Notes: generated by a model not told the origin, from the letters alone. Shown: positions 30,150 to 40,455, numbered from the stretch's first letter. The stretch: DNA of 64,000 nucleotides from Deltaproteobacteria bacterium (GCA_026995935.1 JALWNK010000063.1:20684-84683); one strand, 5' to 3'. Made by a program: numbers and translations.

Positions 30150-30527
30150 ATGACACCGGGAACCTATCTACCAACCGAGTACCTGCCCATTATGGTAATG
30201 CTTCTCTTTGCCACGGGCTTTGGAGTTGTGACCCTTTGGGTGGGAAGATTCTTCAGGCTCAGAAGACCCTACGCGGAGAAACTGGAGGCGTACGAATCTG
30301 GAAACCCGCCTTCGGCTCCTCCAAGGTTCAGGTTTTCCATCAAATTCTACCTGATTGCCATCCTGTTCGTGGTCTTTGATGTGGAGGCCATTTTCCTCTA
30401 CCCGTGGGCATTGGTTTACGACAATATCGGCGTTTTTGCCGTGATTGAGATGTTCCTTTTCATATTCTTGCTTCTTATTGGATATGCATATGCTTGGCGA
30501 AAGGAGGCCTTGGAGTGGGAAAGATAA
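30150..30527 (+). CDS. nuoA: Complex I subunit A
   Basis: [29 protein letters not shown]. Confidence 0.95.
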   Translation: MTPGTYLPTEYLPIMVMLLFATGFGVVTLWVGRFFRLRRPYAEKLEAYESGNPPSAPPRFRFSIKFYLIAILFVVFDVEAIFLYPWALVYDNIGVFAVIEMFLFIFLLLIGYAYAWRKEALEWER

Positions 30528-31036
30528 CCTCCCCGGATCTTGTGCCAGTTGCGGAAGGCATCAAGGTGATACCTGGCGCAAACACTTTTTTGATGCAGTT
30601 TGACAAGATTATTAACTGGAGCCGTACCGGTTCCATCTGGCCGGTGACCTTCGGCCTTGCCTGATGCGCCATTGAAATGATGGCTGCTGGAAGCAGCCAC
30701 CACGATTTGGACCGCTTTGGAATCATCTTCCGGGCGAGTCCAAGACAGTCCGACGCCATGATAGTGGCAGGCACTGTCACACAAAAGATGGCACCCGTTG
30801 TCCGCAGGGTTTACGACCAGATGCCAGAACCCAGATACGTCATTGCCATGGGTAGTTGCGCCTGCAGTGGCGGCGTATTCAAAACCTATCATACCGTTCA
30901 GGGCGTCGACGAGTTTTTGCCTGTGGATGTATATGTCCCAGGTTGCCCGCCGAGGCCCGAAGCTCTGCTGGAAGGCTTTATTCAACTCCAGCAGAAGATG
31001 ATGAAGGAGGAGATGAGGTGGAGCCGCTGGAGATAG
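30515..31036 (+). CDS. nuoB: Complex I subunit B, probable selenoprotein (UGA at 30662-30664, codon 50)
   Basis: GTG 30515 after AAGGAGG. Reads [51 protein letters not shown]; the canonical motif is FGLACCAIEM. Confidence 0.92.
30681..30699 (+). promoter_or_regulatory. Putative bacterial SECIS element of nuoB
   Basis: Perfect hairpin TGGCTGCT-GGA-AGCAGCCA starting 16 nt after the UGA; G-initiated apical loop. Confidence 0.75.
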
Positions 31037-31602
31037 CAAACAGACTCAAGGAGAGGTTCCCGGAACAGGTCCTCGAAGTTACTGAATGTCGTGACCAGGT
31101 AGGCATCATAGTAAAGAAGGACAGGATAGTAGAGATGCTGCGCTGGTTACACGATGACCCTTCCATGCAGCTTGATCACCTGGCTGATCTGTGTGGTGTG
31201 GACTACCTGGGTAAAAAAGATGTGCGCTTCGAGGTGGTTTACAACCTCTATTCCATTCCTCTCAGACACCGTATCCGGATACGTGCACAGGTGCCTGAGG
31301 ATGACTGTCAGATAGAGTCGGTAACCTCCATCTGGATGGGCGCAGACTGGCATGAAAGGGAATGCTTTGATCTTTTTGGCATTACCTTTAACAACCATCC
31401 TGACATGAGAAGGGTACTGCTTCCAGAGGACTGGGAAGGCTACCCCCTCAGAAAGGATTACCCATTGGATGGTGGCGGCAAGAACTGGAGGGGATATGAC
31501 GAGGTGTTGGAAAAGTCCAAGAGGTTGAGGAAGTTTGACTTCTACGGACAGTACCAGGATCCTACGAAAAGCACAGGGTTAGAAGAAGATGCCAGAAAAT
31601 AA
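31018..31602 (+). CDS. nuoC: Complex I subunit C
   Basis: [33 protein letters not shown]; GTG 31018 after GGAGG. Confidence 0.93.
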   Translation: MEPLEIANRLKERFPEQVLEVTECRDQVGIIVKKDRIVEMLRWLHDDPSMQLDHLADLCGVDYLGKKDVRFEVVYNLYSIPLRHRIRIRAQVPEDDCQIESVTSIWMGADWHERECFDLFGITFNNHPDMRRVLLPEDWEGYPLRKDYPLDGGGKNWRGYDEVLEKSKRLRKFDFYGQYQDPTKSTGLEEDARK

Positions 31603-32812
31603 AGCCGAATCAAAAGAGATCGTCAGGGAGGAAGTTGCCTACGAGCCTTACACCATTGCCATGGGGCCGCAGCACCCTGCGACCCACGGGGTGCTCAAGC
31701 TGGATCTGGAGCTTGACGGTGAAACTATTTTGAACTGTAAGCCCACTGTTGGATTTCTCCACAGGGGGGTTGAAAAGCTTGCTGAAAATCTCTCATATGC
31801 CCAGACGCTGCCTCTTACTGACCGGTTGGACTACATTGCTTCAATGGCCAACAATGTGGCCTACAGTATCGCCGTTGAAAAGCTTCTGGGAATAGAGGTC
31901 CCCATGAGGGCCAAATACATCAGGACCATAGTCATGGAGATGGCGAGGCTAACAGGTCACCTGCTGTGGCTTGCAACCCACGCCCTCGATATAGGGGCCA
32001 TGACGGTTTTCCTGTACTGCTTCAGGGAGAGGGAGAATCTCCTGGACATGTTCGAGGAGATATGCGGTGCCCGTTTGACAACAAGCTATACATGCGTTGG
32101 TGGTGTCAGACAGGATGTAACCGGCCATTTCCTGGAAGCCTTGCACGCCTTCACGGATGATTTTCCTTCCAAGATAGCAGAGTATGAAACCCTTATTGAC
32201 AAGAACCGTATCTGGCTAAAGAGGACACAGGGAGTTGGAATTGTATCTGCGAAGGATGCGGTGAGCCTTGGGCTTACAGGGCCAACACTTAGGGGGTCTG
32301 GTGTCGATTATGATGTGCGCAAGCACATGCCTTATGACGCCTATCCCTATGTGGATTTTGAGGTTCCAATAGGTTCAAAGGGCGACGTGTACGACAGGTA
32401 CCGCTGCCGTATGGAGGAGATGCATCAGTCCAATTCCATCATCAGGCAGTGTATAGAGGCACTTCCCACAGGGCCGATTCGTTCGCCTGATGCGCCAGAC
32501 ATCGTTATGCCATATGGCGAGCAAAAAAGGGTAGCGGCAGACGCGACCTTTGCTTCCGGTGTCATAAAGCTCATGAAGGACAACGAGCATTACATTGACG
32601 GAGATGTCTATGTGTCCGCTGAGGTACCCAAGGGAGAGCTGGGATTCTACTTCGTCAGTGACGGCAGAGGCGTACCCTACAGGATGCACATAAGGTCCCC
32701 GTCTTATATCCATATTGGCGCGTTGCCTTTCTTGTGCAAGGGCCAGATGGTGGCAGATGTAATAGCAATAATAGGTAGTGTGGACGTAGTTTTGGGAGAG
32801 TGTGACAGATAA
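31589..32812 (+). CDS. nuoD: Complex I subunit D
   Basis: [32 protein letters not shown]; no NiFe-binding CxxC pairs. Confidence 0.96.
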   Translation: MPENKAESKEIVREEVAYEPYTIAMGPQHPATHGVLKLDLELDGETILNCKPTVGFLHRGVEKLAENLSYAQTLPLTDRLDYIASMANNVAYSIAVEKLLGIEVPMRAKYIRTIVMEMARLTGHLLWLATHALDIGAMTVFLYCFRERENLLDMFEEICGARLTTSYTCVGGVRQDVTGHFLEALHAFTDDFPSKIAEYETLIDKNRIWLKRTQGVGIVSAKDAVSLGLTGPTLRGSGVDYDVRKHMPYDAYPYVDFEVPIGSKGDVYDRYRCRMEEMHQSNSIIRQCIEALPTGPIRSPDAPDIVMPYGEQKRVAADATFASGVIKLMKDNEHYIDGDVYVSAEVPKGELGFYFVSDGRGVPYRMHIRSPSYIHIGALPFLCKGQMVADVIAIIGSVDVVLGECDR

Positions 32813-32826
32813 GGATTGGGGGATAA

Positions 32827-33795
32827 ATGGAACTGTTATGGATCCTCATTAAAATCTTGATTGTCTTCGCGGTGGTGATGTTTCACGTGATGTACGCCAC
32901 CTACTTCGAACGCAAGGTTATCGGCCATATGCAGGTGCGTATGGGGCCCATGAGGGTAGGGCCGCACGGCATACTTCAGCCTATAGCAGATGGCCTCAAG
33001 TTGTTCTTTAAGGAAGACATTATTCCGACTGTGGCAGACAGAAAGGTCTTCTATGCGGCGCCCCTCATATGCCTGATTTCGGCACTAAGTGCCGTAGCGG
33101 TGGTGCCGTTTTTTGAAGGCTTTGCCATAGCCAACATCAATATTGGAATACTTTACATCTTTGCCATGAGTTCTCTGGCATCATACGGTGTGGTGCTGGC
33201 TGGCTGGTCTTCAAACTCCAAGTATTCGTTTCTTGGAGGTCTTCGCTCATCGGCCCAGGTCATAAGCTACGAGGTAGCCATGGGGTTGAGTCTCGTTGGT
33301 GTTATGATGCTATCTGGCTCCTTGAATCTGACAGATATAGTTCATGCCCAGATGAAGAGCCCTTTCAAGATTTACCTCATACCACAGATCATAGGTTTCT
33401 TCGTCTTTGTCATTGCCATGTTCGCCGAGACCAACCGTACCCCCTTTGACCTGCCAGAGGCGGAGTCGGAGCTTGTGGCAGGCTACTGTACAGAATACAG
33501 CGGTATGCGCTTCGCCCTGTTCTTCATGGCGGAATACATTGGCATGATCGTCATGTCATGCCTTGCGGTTGTCTGTTTTCTCGGTGGCTGGAGCGGACCT
33601 TTTGACGTGCCAGGAATACCGTTTTTCTGGTTCCTCATAAAGGTCTACTTCTTCATCTTCGTTTACTACTGGGTCAGGGCCACTCTTCCCCGTTACAGGT
33701 ACGATCAGCTTATGGCCCTTGGCTGGAAGGTGTTAATCCCACTTGCCCTGTTGAATATCGTGCTGACAGGGATAATTAAGTCCATGTTTGGGTAA
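32827..33795 (+). CDS. nuoH: Complex I subunit H
   Basis: ERKV..QVRMGP, QPIADGLKL..KE, RTPFDLPEAESEL, LPRYRYDQL. Confidence 0.97.
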   Translation: MELLWILIKILIVFAVVMFHVMYATYFERKVIGHMQVRMGPMRVGPHGILQPIADGLKLFFKEDIIPTVADRKVFYAAPLICLISALSAVAVVPFFEGFAIANINIGILYIFAMSSLASYGVVLAGWSSNSKYSFLGGLRSSAQVISYEVAMGLSLVGVMMLSGSLNLTDIVHAQMKSPFKIYLIPQIIGFFVFVIAMFAETNRTPFDLPEAESELVAGYCTEYSGMRFALFFMAEYIGMIVMSCLAVVCFLGGWSGPFDVPGIPFFWFLIKVYFFIFVYYWVRATLPRYRYDQLMALGWKVLIPLALLNIVLTGIIKSMFG

Positions 33796-33809
33796 TCAGG
33801 CGGGTTGCT

Positions 33810-34451
33810 ATGAAAATTCAATACGATACAAAGAAGAATCTAGCCGAGCGCATATTTTTGCTGGAGATTTTAAAGGGGCTTGGACTTACCTTGAAAAGGC
33901 TTTTTTCCAAGTCTGTTACCATCCAGTATCCCAAGGAACGAAAGGAGCTTTTTCCCGGATTCAGGGGCAAGCATGCCCTCATCAGGGATCCCAAAACCCA
34001 GGATACAAGGTGTGTGGCGTGTATGAGGTGTGCCACAGTGTGCCCTGCAAGGTGCATATCCATAAGATTCTCCGTGGATGAGAAGACACGGGCCAGGAAG
34101 GTGGAGTCTTACGAGATAGATGCACTGCGCTGCATATTCTGCGGTTACTGTGAGGAGGTATGCCCTGTAAATGCAGTGGTTCTTACCGAAGAGTACGAGT
34201 ACTCCAATTACACCAGGGAACCATTTCACTTTGACATGGAAAGACTCCTTAAGAATTGGGATGAATTTTTGGAGAAAAACAAGGTGGATCCAGACCAATA
34301 CAGGAATCCGTTTCTCAGGCCCAGGGGATTGTCTATTGGAGATCTTCCTGTGGGTAAGCGTATAGACGTGCCTGAGGAATGGACCCTTGAGGGCCAGGTA
34401 ATCTGGAAGGACGGCAAGGCCGTGTCTGCCAAGGATGCCGTTTCTGAATAG
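33810..34451 (+). CDS. nuoI: Complex I subunit I (2x[4Fe-4S]) with C-terminal extension
   Basis: TIQYP, FRGKH, CVACMRCATVCP, CIFCGYCEEVCP. Confidence 0.95.
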   Translation: MKIQYDTKKNLAERIFLLEILKGLGLTLKRLFSKSVTIQYPKERKELFPGFRGKHALIRDPKTQDTRCVACMRCATVCPARCISIRFSVDEKTRARKVESYEIDALRCIFCGYCEEVCPVNAVVLTEEYEYSNYTREPFHFDMERLLKNWDEFLEKNKVDPDQYRNPFLRPRGLSIGDLPVGKRIDVPEEWTLEGQVIWKDGKAVSAKDAVSE

Positions 34452-34461
34452 GGAGGGATAA

Positions 34462-34977
34462 ATGGTTCAGCTGTTATTCTTTTATTTTGCCTTGGTTGTG
34501 ATTGGACTGGGTCTGCGCATTGTAACCTGCAAGAACCCGGTTCACTCAGTGCTCTTAATGCTGGTCTTGTTCTTTCACATGGCAGGCTTTTACCTGTTGC
34601 TGAATGCTGAATTTCTGGCAGCGGTGCAGGTGATCGTCTATGCGGGAGCCATACTGGTGCTGTATCTGTTCGTGCTGTTTCTGGTTAATCTCAGGGAAGA
34701 GGTCAAGATGAGCCCCTTTATCGAAAAGGGCAAGTGGCTGGGAATCGTTGGGGCTGTAGCGCTTTTCATCACCTTTTTGAGGGGGGTCATGAACTTCACC
34801 CTTGGGCCTCATGGAAAGTACACCATAGAGAAGGTCCAGCAGCTTACCCATACCAAGGCCATGGGAGAGGCAATCTATACAACTTACATACTGCCATTTG
34901 AGATCGCAGGAATATTACTGCTTGTGGCTGTTATCGGCGGGCTGGCCTTGGCCAGGAAGGAAAACAAGGGGGCATAA
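34462..34977 (+). CDS. nuoJ: Complex I subunit J
   Basis: NPVHS, AEFLAAVQVIVYAGAILVL, PFE. Confidence 0.95.
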   Translation: MVQLLFFYFALVVIGLGLRIVTCKNPVHSVLLMLVLFFHMAGFYLLLNAEFLAAVQVIVYAGAILVLYLFVLFLVNLREEVKMSPFIEKGKWLGIVGAVALFITFLRGVMNFTLGPHGKYTIEKVQQLTHTKAMGEAIYTTYILPFEIAGILLLVAVIGGLALARKENKGA

Positions 34978-34978
34978 A

Positions 34979-35281
34979 ATGGTCCATTTAAGCTGGTATT
35001 TAACCGTATCAGCCATGCTGTTCTGCATTGGAGTCTTCGGGTTTCTAACAAGGCGGAACATCATAATGATGCTGTTATCCATAGAGCTCATGCTTAACTC
35101 GGTAAACCTGAATCTTGCTGCCATGAGTCACTACATGGAAGACCTTAGGGGTCAGGTCATGGTCTTCTTTATAATTGCCGTTGCAGCGGCCGAGGCGGCA
35201 ATAGGGCTGGGCATAGTAGTCACCCTGTTTAGAAATTACCGTTCAGTCCATACTGAAGACATAACTAAGCTGAAAGGATGA
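34979..35281 (+). CDS. nuoK: Complex I subunit K
   Basis: RRN..SIELMLN, VAAAEAAIGL; ATG 34979. Confidence 0.95.
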   Translation: MVHLSWYLTVSAMLFCIGVFGFLTRRNIIMMLLSIELMLNSVNLNLAAMSHYMEDLRGQVMVFFIIAVAAAEAAIGLGIVVTLFRNYRSVHTEDITKLKG

Positions 35282-35288
35282 GGTAGAG

Positions 35289-37208
35289 ATGAATATTCCC
35301 ACTTATTTACTCGTAATTCCGTTTCTGCCCCTGGCTTCCTTTATATTTACCTTACTTCTTGGGAAAAGGCTGGGAGACAAGGCGCACTGGCCGCCTATAA
35401 TAGCCGTACTTATATCCTTCCTGTGTGCCTGTTATGCCTTTGATCAGGTGCTTCATGGCAACCACGTAAACGCGGATCTCTATACCTGGTTTGCCTCTGC
35501 CAAGTTCAAGGCGTCGGTTGGGTTTCTGCTGGATGAGCTTACTGCAGTAATGCTCATAGTGGTGACCTCCATCAGCAGCCTTGTTCACATCTATTCCGTG
35601 GGCTACATGCACGATGATCCTGGCTATTACAGGTTCTTCTCCTATCTCAGTCTCTTTACCTTTTCGATGCTCATGCTGGTTCTGGGTAACAACTTCCTGC
35701 AGCTATACTTTGGCTGGGAAGCGGTTGGCCTTTCATCATACCTGCTCATCGGTTTCTGGTACCATAAGAAGTCTGCGTCTGATGCTGGAAAGAAGGCCTT
35801 CATTGTGAACAGGTTTGGAGACTTTGGGTTTGGTCTCGGAATAATGGTGGTCTTCCTTGTTTTCGGCTCTGTTCACTACGATACGGTATTTGCACATGTC
35901 CATGATGTTGTGGGGCATACCTTCAACTTCATGGGCTTTAATTTCGACGTCATAAGCCTCATGGCAATACTTTTGTTCTGCGGCGCAGTTGGTAAGTCGG
36001 CACAGATTCCACTTCATGTATGGTTGCCAGATGCCATGGAGGGCCCCACGCCAGTCAGCGCCCTCATCCATGCCGCCACCATGGTTACTGCAGGTGTCTT
36101 TCTGGTTGCAAGGTGTAATCCCATCTTCAGCCTGTCTCCTGCTGCAATGAACCTTGTAACAATCATAGGTGCGCTGACATGCTTCTTTGCTGCGACCATC
36201 GCACTGGTACAGGTGGACATAAAGAGGGTCATCGCATATTCCACAGTGAGTCAGCTGGCATACATGTTCATAGGTTGCGGCGTCGGAGCCTACGGGACTG
36301 GTATTTTTCACCTTTATACCCACGCCTATTTCAAGGCACTTCTCTTTCTAGGTGCTGGTAGCGTAATTCACGCAATGAGTGACGAGCAGGATATTAGAAA
36401 GATGGGAGGCCTCAAGAAGTATCTGCCAGTGACCTACTTTACCTTCCTGATGGCATCGCTTTCCATATCTGGAATTCCGCCCTTTGCCGGTTTTTTCAGT
36501 AAAGACCAGATACTTGCAGAGGCGTTTGCTTCCCACGTGGCTGCTGGAAAGTTTGCCTGGTTCGTTGGAACGGTTGTAGCGGCCATGACAGCCTTTTATT
36601 CCTTCAGGCTCATATTCCTCACCTTTCACGGGGAGTTCAGGGGAACAGAGGAACAGAGAAAGCACCTGCACGAATCTCCCCTTACCATGACCATACCCCT
36701 GACACTTCTTGCCCTGGGAGCCCTTGCTGCAGGCTGGGTAGGTGTTCCAGAGGTGCTTGGAGGGGAAAATGGCTGGGCACATTTCCTTGCCCCAGTTGTT
36801 GGACACCCGGAAGTTCATTTGAGTGAATTCACGGAGTGGGTGCTTATGACCATTTCCGTGGCGGCAGGTATTGGAGGAATATACCTGGCATACGTCATGT
36901 ACATGGTCAAGCCTGAGATTCCGGTTGAGCTTGCCCGTAAACATCCAAAGCTGTATGACACCCTTTTCAATAAGTACTACGTGGACGAGTTTTACAACGC
37001 CACCATAGTCGAACCCACCATTACCTGCGGAAGAAAGATACTCAGGGGCATAACGGATGGAAAGATAATAGAGGGGGTTGTCAATGGTGTTCCAGGTTTA
37101 ATCGGCAAGTTCAGTCACGTACTTGCAAAACTCCAAAACGGAAGAGTCCAGCACTATGGCGGAGTGATGGCTGTTGGTGCCTTTATTCTTCTTTGGATAT
37201 TCATGTAA
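35289..37208 (+). CDS. nuoL: Complex I antiporter-like subunit L
   Basis: GWEAVG, NRFGD, KSAQIPLHVWLPDAMEGPTPVSALIHAATMV. Confidence 0.97.
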   Translation: MNIPTYLLVIPFLPLASFIFTLLLGKRLGDKAHWPPIIAVLISFLCACYAFDQVLHGNHVNADLYTWFASAKFKASVGFLLDELTAVMLIVVTSISSLVHIYSVGYMHDDPGYYRFFSYLSLFTFSMLMLVLGNNFLQLYFGWEAVGLSSYLLIGFWYHKKSASDAGKKAFIVNRFGDFGFGLGIMVVFLVFGSVHYDTVFAHVHDVVGHTFNFMGFNFDVISLMAILLFCGAVGKSAQIPLHVWLPDAMEGPTPVSALIHAATMVTAGVFLVARCNPIFSLSPAAMNLVTIIGALTCFFAATIALVQVDIKRVIAYSTVSQLAYMFIGCGVGAYGTGIFHLYTHAYFKALLFLGAGSVIHAMSDEQDIRKMGGLKKYLPVTYFTFLMASLSISGIPPFAGFFSKDQILAEAFASHVAAGKFAWFVGTVVAAMTAFYSFRLIFLTFHGEFRGTEEQRKHLHESPLTMTIPLTLLALGALAAGWVGVPEVLGGENGWAHFLAPVVGHPEVHLSEFTEWVLMTISVAAGIGGIYLAYVMYMVKPEIPVELARKHPKLYDTLFNKYYVDEFYNATIVEPTITCGRKILRGITDGKIIEGVVNGVPGLIGKFSHVLAKLQNGRVQHYGGVMAVGAFILLWIFM

Positions 37209-37229
37209 CCAAGGGGAGGAATAGCGAAC

Positions 37230-38771
37230 ATGGATTACGGATTTCCAATACTTAGTTCCCTGATTTTCCTGCCGATTATCGGGGCAGCGGCACTGCTTTT
37301 CATACCGCGTTCAAACGAAGACGATGTCAGGCGCATGGCGCTACTTATAACCATAGTGGAGTTTCTGCTCTCACTTCCCCTATGGTTTCAGTTCGACAAG
37401 TCTTCCCACCTCATGCAGTTTGTGGAAAAGCACCCCTGGATTCCAGCGTGGAATGTCAACTACTACCTGGGCATTGATGGAATCAGCATACTCTTTGTGC
37501 TTCTTTCCACCCTCATCACAATTTTGTGTGTGCTTGTTTCATGGACTGCAATTACAGACAAGGTCAAGGAGTTTTTTGCGGCCTTGCTCTTCCTGGAAGG
37601 CGCCATGATCGGGGTGTTCTGTTCCCTTGACTTTTTCCTCTTTTACATATTCTGGGAGGCCATGCTTATTCCCATGTACCTGATAATAGGTGTATGGGGT
37701 GGGCCCGGCAGGCTGTACGCTGCCATAAAGTTCTTTCTCTACACCCTGGTGGGAAGTGTCTTGATGCTGGTTGGAATAATCACACTCTACTATCATGGGG
37801 GGCACACCTTTGATATCCTCAAGCTTTCTGCCAACACCTACCCCTTGAAGCTTCAGATGATTCTGTTCTGGGCATTCTTTGCGGCCTTTGCGGTCAAGGT
37901 CCCCATGTGGCCTGTTCATACATGGCTGCCTGACGCCCACACCGAGGCCCCTGCGGCAGGCTCTGTCATCCTTGCCGGGATCCTCATCAAGATGGGGGCT
38001 TACGGATTCCTCAGATTCTCCATGCCCATGTTTCCCCAGGCAACCCAGGCCATGATGGTGCCCATGCTGATACTTTCCATAATCGCAATAGTTTACGGGG
38101 CAGTTATCTGCCTTGGGCAGGACGATATGAAGCGTCTCATTGCCTACAGCTCCGTAAGCCACATGGGTTTTGTAACCCTTGGAATGTTCGCGCTCAATTA
38201 TCAGGGGCTTGAAGGAGCGATTCTTCAGATGGTCAATCACGGAGTCGTAACAGGCGCTCTCTTTCTTTCCATAGGTATCATTTATGAACAGACACATACC
38301 AGGGAGATTGCAGACTATGGCGGCTTGGCCTCCCTTACTCCAATTTTTGCTGGATTTTTCATGGTCTTTACCATGGCAGCCGTAGGTCTTCCCGGTCTTA
38401 ACGGGTTTATTGGCGAATTTCTCATAATCCTGGGTGGATTCGCCACTAAGACCTGGGCTGGTTTTTTCGCTGCAACTGGAATCATCATAGGCGCAGGTTA
38501 TATGCTCTGGCTCTATCAGCGAGTCTTTTTCATGGAAAAGAACCCAAAGATGGTCTCGCTTGGGCTTCGTGACTTGAACTGCAGGGAATTTATCACCCTT
38601 CTACCCATGCTGCTTCTCATATTCTGGATTGGAATTTATCCCAACACCTTTTTGAGCTACATGCATGCCTCTGTTGCCCACTTGCTGCAACAGGTCCATG
38701 CGTCAACGGGAAGTGTCCAGGCTAATACCAATGCCATAGTAGAATGTGCGCTTCGATTCATAGGAGGCTAG
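37230..38771 (+). CDS. nuoM: Complex I antiporter-like subunit M
   Basis: GIDGIS, FWEAMLIP, VKVPMWPVHTWLPDAH, AYSSVSHMG. Confidence 0.97.
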   Translation: MDYGFPILSSLIFLPIIGAAALLFIPRSNEDDVRRMALLITIVEFLLSLPLWFQFDKSSHLMQFVEKHPWIPAWNVNYYLGIDGISILFVLLSTLITILCVLVSWTAITDKVKEFFAALLFLEGAMIGVFCSLDFFLFYIFWEAMLIPMYLIIGVWGGPGRLYAAIKFFLYTLVGSVLMLVGIITLYYHGGHTFDILKLSANTYPLKLQMILFWAFFAAFAVKVPMWPVHTWLPDAHTEAPAAGSVILAGILIKMGAYGFLRFSMPMFPQATQAMMVPMLILSIIAIVYGAVICLGQDDMKRLIAYSSVSHMGFVTLGMFALNYQGLEGAILQMVNHGVVTGALFLSIGIIYEQTHTREIADYGGLASLTPIFAGFFMVFTMAAVGLPGLNGFIGEFLIILGGFATKTWAGFFAATGIIIGAGYMLWLYQRVFFMEKNPKMVSLGLRDLNCREFITLLPMLLLIFWIGIYPNTFLSYMHASVAHLLQQVHASTGSVQANTNAIVECALRFIGG

Positions 38772-38778
38772 TAAAGAC

Positions 38779-40218
38779 ATGGTTACAGGATTTTCTTTAC
38801 CAATCATTGCACCCCTAGGGCCTGAAATTTTTCTCGCAGTCATCGGCTGCGCAGTGATACTTGCCGATATCATCTGGAATGAGCAGCGATACGTCGTCCC
38901 CATAGTGGCAATGGCAGGTGCTGCTGCCACTGTTATCATGGTGTTAAAGGCCTCGGGCATCTCTTTTTCCGGGATGTACACCGTTGATTCCTACAGTGCC
39001 TTTTTCAAGATCGTGTGCCTCCTGGGGCTCATGTTGGCCATCCTCATGTCTCTGCGTCACTTGGACATAATGGGTGTCAAAAGGGTAGGTGAGTACTACA
39101 GCCTCATGGTCTTCTCCTGTGTAGGCATGATGATAATGGCCTCCGCAACCGATCTCATTGTGCTTTACCTGGGACTCGAGTTGATGGCCCTTAGTGTCTA
39201 CTGTCTTGTAGGGCTTTTAAAGACCGATCCCAGAGCGTCAGAGGCAGCCATGAAGTATCTGCTTCTTGGTGCCTTTGCCTCTTGTCTCCTTCTATTTGGC
39301 ATGTCCTATCTTTATGGTACAACTGGAACCACCGATATGGCTCAGATTTCAAAGGCAATGGCCCAGGGCAAGCTTAGTGGTAATCCTGCCTTCATGATGG
39401 GGCTTGGCCTGGTGGTAATTGCATTCTGTTTCAAGGTTGCCGCAGCACCTTTTCATATGTGGACCCCTGACGCCTATGAAGGTGCCATGACGCCTGTTAC
39501 CGCCTTCATGTCCGTTGGGCCAAAGGCCGCAGGCTTTGCAGCCCTTGGCAGGGTCCTTATGGAGGCCTTTCCAAACGCCCATTCCGACTGGATGACTGCC
39601 CTTATAATCATGGCATTTCTCACCATAGCCATTGGTAACATAACGGCCCTTTGCCAGACATCCATCAAAAGGATGCTTGCCTACTCATCCATTGCCCATG
39701 CAGGTTACGCACTCATAGGCTTTTTGCCAGGCACAGCGGAAGGTGCCTCAGCTACCATGAACTATCTCTTTATCTATCTCTTTATGAACATGGGGGCCTT
39801 TGCAGTGATAATTCTCTTGCAGTACAAGGGGCTTGTTGGTGAGGCCCTGGAAGACTACAAGGGCCTTGCAAAGACGCACCCAGTGGCGGCAGGCCTTATG
39901 CTTGTATTCATGTTTTCCCTTACAGGAATCCCCCCAACGGCCGGCTTTATTGGCAAGTTCAATCTCTTCATGGCAGCACTCCATGCAGGTTACACATGGA
40001 TAGTTATATTTGCCGTACTCTTTAGCGCAATTTCTGCATACTTTTACCTTAGGGTCATCATGCTAATGTACATGTACGAGCCAGAAAGAGAGATGAAACT
40101 TGCTCCCTCAGGTGCCCTTTCAGCGGTCCTGGCCATAGCCCTCACAGGCGTTATTCTCCTTGGTTGCTATCCAAACGGCATTCTTTCCTATGCATCAAAG
40201 GCCATAATGGGACACTAA
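38779..40218 (+). CDS. nuoN: Complex I antiporter-like subunit N
   Basis: EAAMKY, FKVAAAPFHMWTPDAYEG, KRMLAYSSIAHAGY, GIPPTAGF. Confidence 0.97.
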   Translation: MVTGFSLPIIAPLGPEIFLAVIGCAVILADIIWNEQRYVVPIVAMAGAAATVIMVLKASGISFSGMYTVDSYSAFFKIVCLLGLMLAILMSLRHLDIMGVKRVGEYYSLMVFSCVGMMIMASATDLIVLYLGLELMALSVYCLVGLLKTDPRASEAAMKYLLLGAFASCLLLFGMSYLYGTTGTTDMAQISKAMAQGKLSGNPAFMMGLGLVVIAFCFKVAAAPFHMWTPDAYEGAMTPVTAFMSVGPKAAGFAALGRVLMEAFPNAHSDWMTALIIMAFLTIAIGNITALCQTSIKRMLAYSSIAHAGYALIGFLPGTAEGASATMNYLFIYLFMNMGAFAVIILLQYKGLVGEALEDYKGLAKTHPVAAGLMLVFMFSLTGIPPTAGFIGKFNLFMAALHAGYTWIVIFAVLFSAISAYFYLRVIMLMYMYEPEREMKLAPSGALSAVLAIALTGVILLGCYPNGILSYASKAIMGH

Positions 40219-40249
40219 TTTTCTACAACAGACGCCTCCTTTGTTTTGT

Positions 40250-40283
40250 AAGGCGCCTTGGGTCACTCCAGGGCGCCTTTTTT
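40250..40283 (+). terminator. Rho-independent terminator closing the Mo-enzyme/nuo operon
   Basis: AAGGCGCCTTGG-GTCACT-CCAGGGCGCCTT followed by TTTT. Confidence 0.85.
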
Positions 40284-40455
40284 AGTCTTTGGATGTCTGT
40301 AAAATTTTTTTGAATCGGACTATTCTGTAAGTCAATGAAAGATACATGTCAAAAAAAAGAGCAGATAAACTGACATGGATTTTGCAATGAATCGCTTTTG
40401 AATAAGGAGAAACATAATATCAGTCAATAGTTGAAATGTTCAAATTGGAGGCCTT

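Noticed and set aside
30677-31036. 119-aa truncated NuoB or nuoB pseudogene
   Set aside because: The conserved N-terminus, SD and SECIS-like hairpin, and an otherwise intact operon, favour UGA recoding.
31589-32812. Group 4 [NiFe]-hydrogenase or Mbx/Mbs-type large subunit
   Set aside because: No N- or C-terminal CxxC motifs; the quinone-site DRLDY is present.
40371-40386. Sigma-54 promoter upstream of the rhodanese (TGACATGGATTTTGCA)
   Set aside because: The essential -24 GG is GA.
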